From Geosiphon pyriformis uo1 (taxonomy: Eukaryota; Fungi; Glomeromycota), in assembly GCA_016748015.1 (NCBI GenBank), contig JAAOMT010000570.1:686043-750042 (forward strand): 64,000 nucleotides of DNA, in the 5' to 3' direction. Numbering within the stretch: the stretch's first letter is position 1; the number at the start of each line of letters is the position of its first letter. Shown here in pieces: positions 59,790 to 64,000 of the stretch. A program made the position numbers and the translations under genes. The notes below the pieces were generated by a model that did no database searches, had not been told where the DNA came from, and worked only from the letters and a program-made list of their open reading frames with translations.

Positions 59790-62300
59790 TCATGATTGAT
59801 TGGCTGATAATAATAATGAACATGATTGATTTTGGAAACAATTGAAGTTTCTTTGGTTGTTATGACATTAAAGAGGTTAATAAATTGCCTAATTATTAGC
59901 TAAGTATTCCTTAATTTTTTGATTAATGGCTTTATTAAATTGCTTCAATTTGGTATCCAATTCAAATAATCTATTTATTACTATATTTATAATTTGGGCA
60001 TAGTTGGCTTTGAGTTTGGCCAATTCAAAATCCTGCATGTATATGACTGCATTTTAGAGAGTATTTGGGTGTATTGAGCATACTTATTGTAATAAGCTGC
60101 TGTATAATCCATGAATAAATTGATTCAAAATTTGTGGTATTATAAAATAATCAGCTCCAATTGCCTAAATTTGGCACAAATTTTGATAAAAAAGTCTCAA
60201 ATATGTGATAACTGTTTTAGTATCATTTTGTTTAATAATAGTAAAGCTAATTAATAATCAATTAATACTGTTGTAATTGCTGAAATATTGTAGAAATACA
60301 GTTTTAAATGCATTAAAAGTTTGTGGTTTATTGATTAAGCTGATATCATAAGTTAGTAGTATTTTGTAAGGAGTAGAAAATAGCTTGAAGAGCTTTAACA
60401 CTATTCCAGTTATTGGTTGTAATTGCTTTGACTATGTTATTCAATTATGTTTGAGTGTTATTCTTCTTGTTAATAAATTTTTTTAGTTTAGTAATAGATG
60501 TATATACTATTGGTACAAATTATTGTTGTTGCAATTATTGTTAAAGTTGTTGTTGTTGTAATTGGTAAATTGATTACAATAACTAAAGATAGGTTTTGCT
60601 AAAAAATAAGAACAAAGTTTGAATTGTTTAGGTTTTACAGAATTTGAACAATCAGAATTTATACTTTTAGGTTATTTAGAATTGGGTTTTAATTATTTAT
60701 TCTCTAATTGTTTTTTTTTTTTTTTCTGATTCAGTATCTTTCTAATGATAATAGATCTGAAATTTGGTTGAGATGGCAGTAATTAAAGTTCTAATAATAT
60801 TGTTAGTCATAATTTAAATTTTTAAAAAAAATTGCTGTAAATTCCTAATAATTTGGCTTTTTCTTGATTATTTTGGAATAGTGCTCTGAATAATAGTGTT
60901 TTTGCCATTGACATTAATATGAATTCAGATGGTATATATATAGTACTTCTTGGTATATAATAATATAACAGGTAAATAGATGAAACAACTTTTGGTTTCT
61001 TTCAAGTAAGTGATTGTATTTTTTTTGGTGTTCTTACTAAAGTTTGTAATTTCTTTTTGTTTATAAAGATAATAGAAAATTTTTGTTGAATGTACTTTTC
61101 AATTTTTTTGTTTATTTTTATGTTAAGTGGTGCAAACAGATAGTTTGATAGAAGTGTGATGTGTTATAATAGTTTACTGTTAAAATTTCTAAAAACAGCT
61201 TCTGAATCTTTTTGGTTTTCCAAATAAGATTTAATTTTTTTGTTAACATAGAAGTTAAAAGCTGATTCTGTTGGTTAATAGTTATTTGTTAATCTGAGAT
61301 AAGTTTGGTAATGTTGAAATAAGAATTTTGTAAATTCTAAATAATTTTCTCTTTTAATTTTTTGGTCTGACACTTTTTTAGATAGTTGATATTAGTGCTA
61401 GTTTTTTGTTAAATTATATCTCACAGAGAGCACCAAAAATTATAAGTAATTATTTAGAGTGTTAAACCAAATAACAAATCTGTAACTTGGTGCTTAATAA
61501 CTAAAAATGTTAATAATTTCTAAAAGTTTTGGAGTCTGAAGATTTTGGTTGAGTCTTTTATATAATAAACAGAGATTTAATTAATGGTTTCTTTTGTGAA
61601 TTTTTTTTTAACATGATAGTTAGTTGATTCTGGCAGTTGTGTTTTTCTGGTAAGCTATCCTTAAGTTTTTTCTATTCTTGTTCTTGGGTTTTTTATCAAG
61701 CTATCTTTAATGTCAAATACTTAATACTTAATTTCTTTAATTAATTAGTAAACAACAAAAAAACAAAACAAAAAAAAATAAAAGAAAATAAAAGAAAATA
61801 AGAAATTAGTATTCTGTTAATAGCCATAATTAAAAGCTATTGATTTAATATAGTTAAGTATTAGATTTTATCAACATAAAATGTTAATAGAGTGAAATAA
61901 ATTAATATTTTTTAATTAAATAATAATAACATGAATTTAATAATAATAGATAATTTTATTAATATAGAAATAATTCTATTTTAAGTCATAAAAAACTATC
62001 TTTTAAAAAAAAGTATTGTTGTTCTAAACTAAATTGAATTTTATCTATTTTATTAAATTCTTTTGAAATTACTTTTTTTGCTTTTAATACTTTTGCTATA
62101 TATACATAATTTATGTTATATAAGATTTTTTAAAATTCTTTAATTTTTTTAAAAGGAATTCTATAATTTCATAATTCCTTAAAAAAAATTCTGGAATCTT
62201 GCAATTTTTCAAGAAAAATCTTGAAATTTTTTTTTTACTACACTTATTTTTAATTGGCTATTTTATCTATTATTATAATTTCTAATTTCTATAAGTAATA
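59790..62300 (-). mobile_element. Older B-related element B3: 5' LTR 61438-62300, PBS, decayed gag
   Basis: PBS (plus strand CTCACAGAGAGCACCA, ~61420-61435); gag relic colinear with 57300-58914. Confidence 0.78.
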
Positions 62301-62301
62301 A

Positions 62302-62744
62302 CAAGTTATAAGTTATCTTAGTATAAATTATTTTAGGTTTGACTATATTCTTTAGTTATGTTTTTATTTAATAATCTTTAAATACTATAATTATACAAAT
62401 TAGAAAAAAGTAGATAAATGCCAATAAGTAATTTTTTATTCCAAGATATTTAGAAGATAAAAAATAGAAAAAGAAAAACAAGTAATAAGAGAAAAATTAA
62501 GTTAATAAATATTGTTTTATTTTTTTGACTTCTTATATATATTCTTACATATTTTTCTACAACTAAAAAACTTATTACTTATATAGCTATTAAAAGTAGT
62601 TAATAATTAAATTATTAATTAGATCAATAATCAGATTAATAGTCAAATCAATAATTACTATCTAAAAACAAGATGGCTAATTATATAATATTAGTGGCTA
62701 ATATATATAATAACTAATAAAAATTATGGATTTTAATTATAACA
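62302..62744. repeat. Probable family D LTR fragment
   Basis: Matches 10530-10761; ends ...ATAACA. Confidence 0.5.
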
Positions 62745-64000
62745 ATATAATGGCTTTAAATAATTTGTCTTAAAACACAAATCAAAGAATCTAATATATA
62801 TATAAGTATTTAAGTAATAAACTTATATATAAAATAAAAATAAATATGAATAAAAATCTTTTTAAAAAATATATTATCAATTAATTTGAATATTTTTTAA
62901 TAAATTTGAATTAAAACATATTTGTTAAAATTCAAATAATTTTAATCTATTTTCAAATTTTAAATATATAAAAAGTCTTAATTTATAAGCTGTAAACACA
63001 TGAATAAAAACTTTTAGTGGCTATTTTTGGTAAATAAAATTAGTAATATAAAATAAATTAAATATGAAATTAAAATACTAGAATTTATATTTATTTGGAT
63101 ATTACAAAGAATATTAGTTTATTTTAATAGTAAAACAATAACTATAGAAGTTGAAATTTGCTAAAAAGTATATAATAACTTATTTGCTAAATAAATTAGT
63201 TCTAAAAATAGATAGTATTTAAACATAATACTTATATCTTATTATTATAGTTAAAGTATAGTCATAATAAATAAGTAGATATAAAATCAAATAAAAAAAT
63301 ATAAACATAAATTCTATTTAAACAGTTCTTAGTACAAATTTTAGTAGTAATAAGAAATATTCAAATAAAAATTTTAAAGATTAAAGTAGAAAAAAACTTT
63401 ATGTAAACAGTATTTGAATATAGATTAGTTAATTCTAAGATATAAAGAAATTTTATTTTAAAGTTTGACAATTTTATATTGTATTATCAAAAAAAAAACA
63501 AATTATTTATATAATAATACAAATAAACTTAAATATATTAATAGAAGTCCTAAAAAAATTTTTTTTTTAAATCATACTTTTAGCACTTTGAAATATTAAA
63601 TTATTTAAAGCTAAAATACCAAATTAAACATAACAAAACACTTTTGTTTCATCTGATACATTCTTAATAATTTGTAAAAATCTAAGAAAAAATATTATTT
63701 TTATATTTAGTCTTATTTATAATTATAACAAGTTTTTAAAATAAATAGTTTCTAATTAATAAAACAATATAAATAAAAAAAATCAACAAAATAAATCTGT
63801 AACTTTGGGAAAAAATTGGCTTTAAAAATTAAATATATTGGGCTTTAGTTTATAGAATACAAAATAGATTACAATATTACCAACAGAAATTTAAAATATT
63901 AATTGGTATAAAATTATTTTTATAATTTTTATTATTAATTAATATATATTATTGTTTTAATTTACTATTTATTATTTTATTAAAATTACCAAATTATTAT

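Noticed and set aside
62750-64000. Possible decayed coding element; likewise 1350-2650 and 9100-12100
   Set aside because: Too AT-eroded to assign any family by eye.

Overview
Eukaryotic, very AT-rich and repeat-dominated window. Intron style and TE proteins suggest an early-diverging fungus, most likely Glomeromycotina (inference). There is one intact host gene, a 7-exon TFIIF beta subunit (TFG2/RAP30, minus strand, 14156-12650, 324 aa), in a ~2.5 kb CpG-retaining island. Directly upstream in the same island lies an intronless, frameshifted relic of bacterial Lon-like AAA+ ATPase genes, a candidate transfer from Mollicutes-related endobacteria. The rest is nested, C-to-T-decayed mobile DNA: APE/RT/RNase H LINEs, a pogo/Tigger transposase relic, solo LTRs, a miniature non-autonomous element with 1.4 kb LTRs, and two diverged Ty3/gypsy-like families (A, B). 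A and B share an unusual architecture: Gag-PR-Cys-rich domain-dUTPase-RT-RNase H in one ORF, integrase as a separate ORF, and a conserved ~230-240 aa third ORF running through the PPT into the 3' LTR. Family A LTRs also carry a duplicated, covarying RNA structure. Boundaries of heavily decayed elements are approximate, and most short ORFs in the supplied track are TE fragments or spurious.
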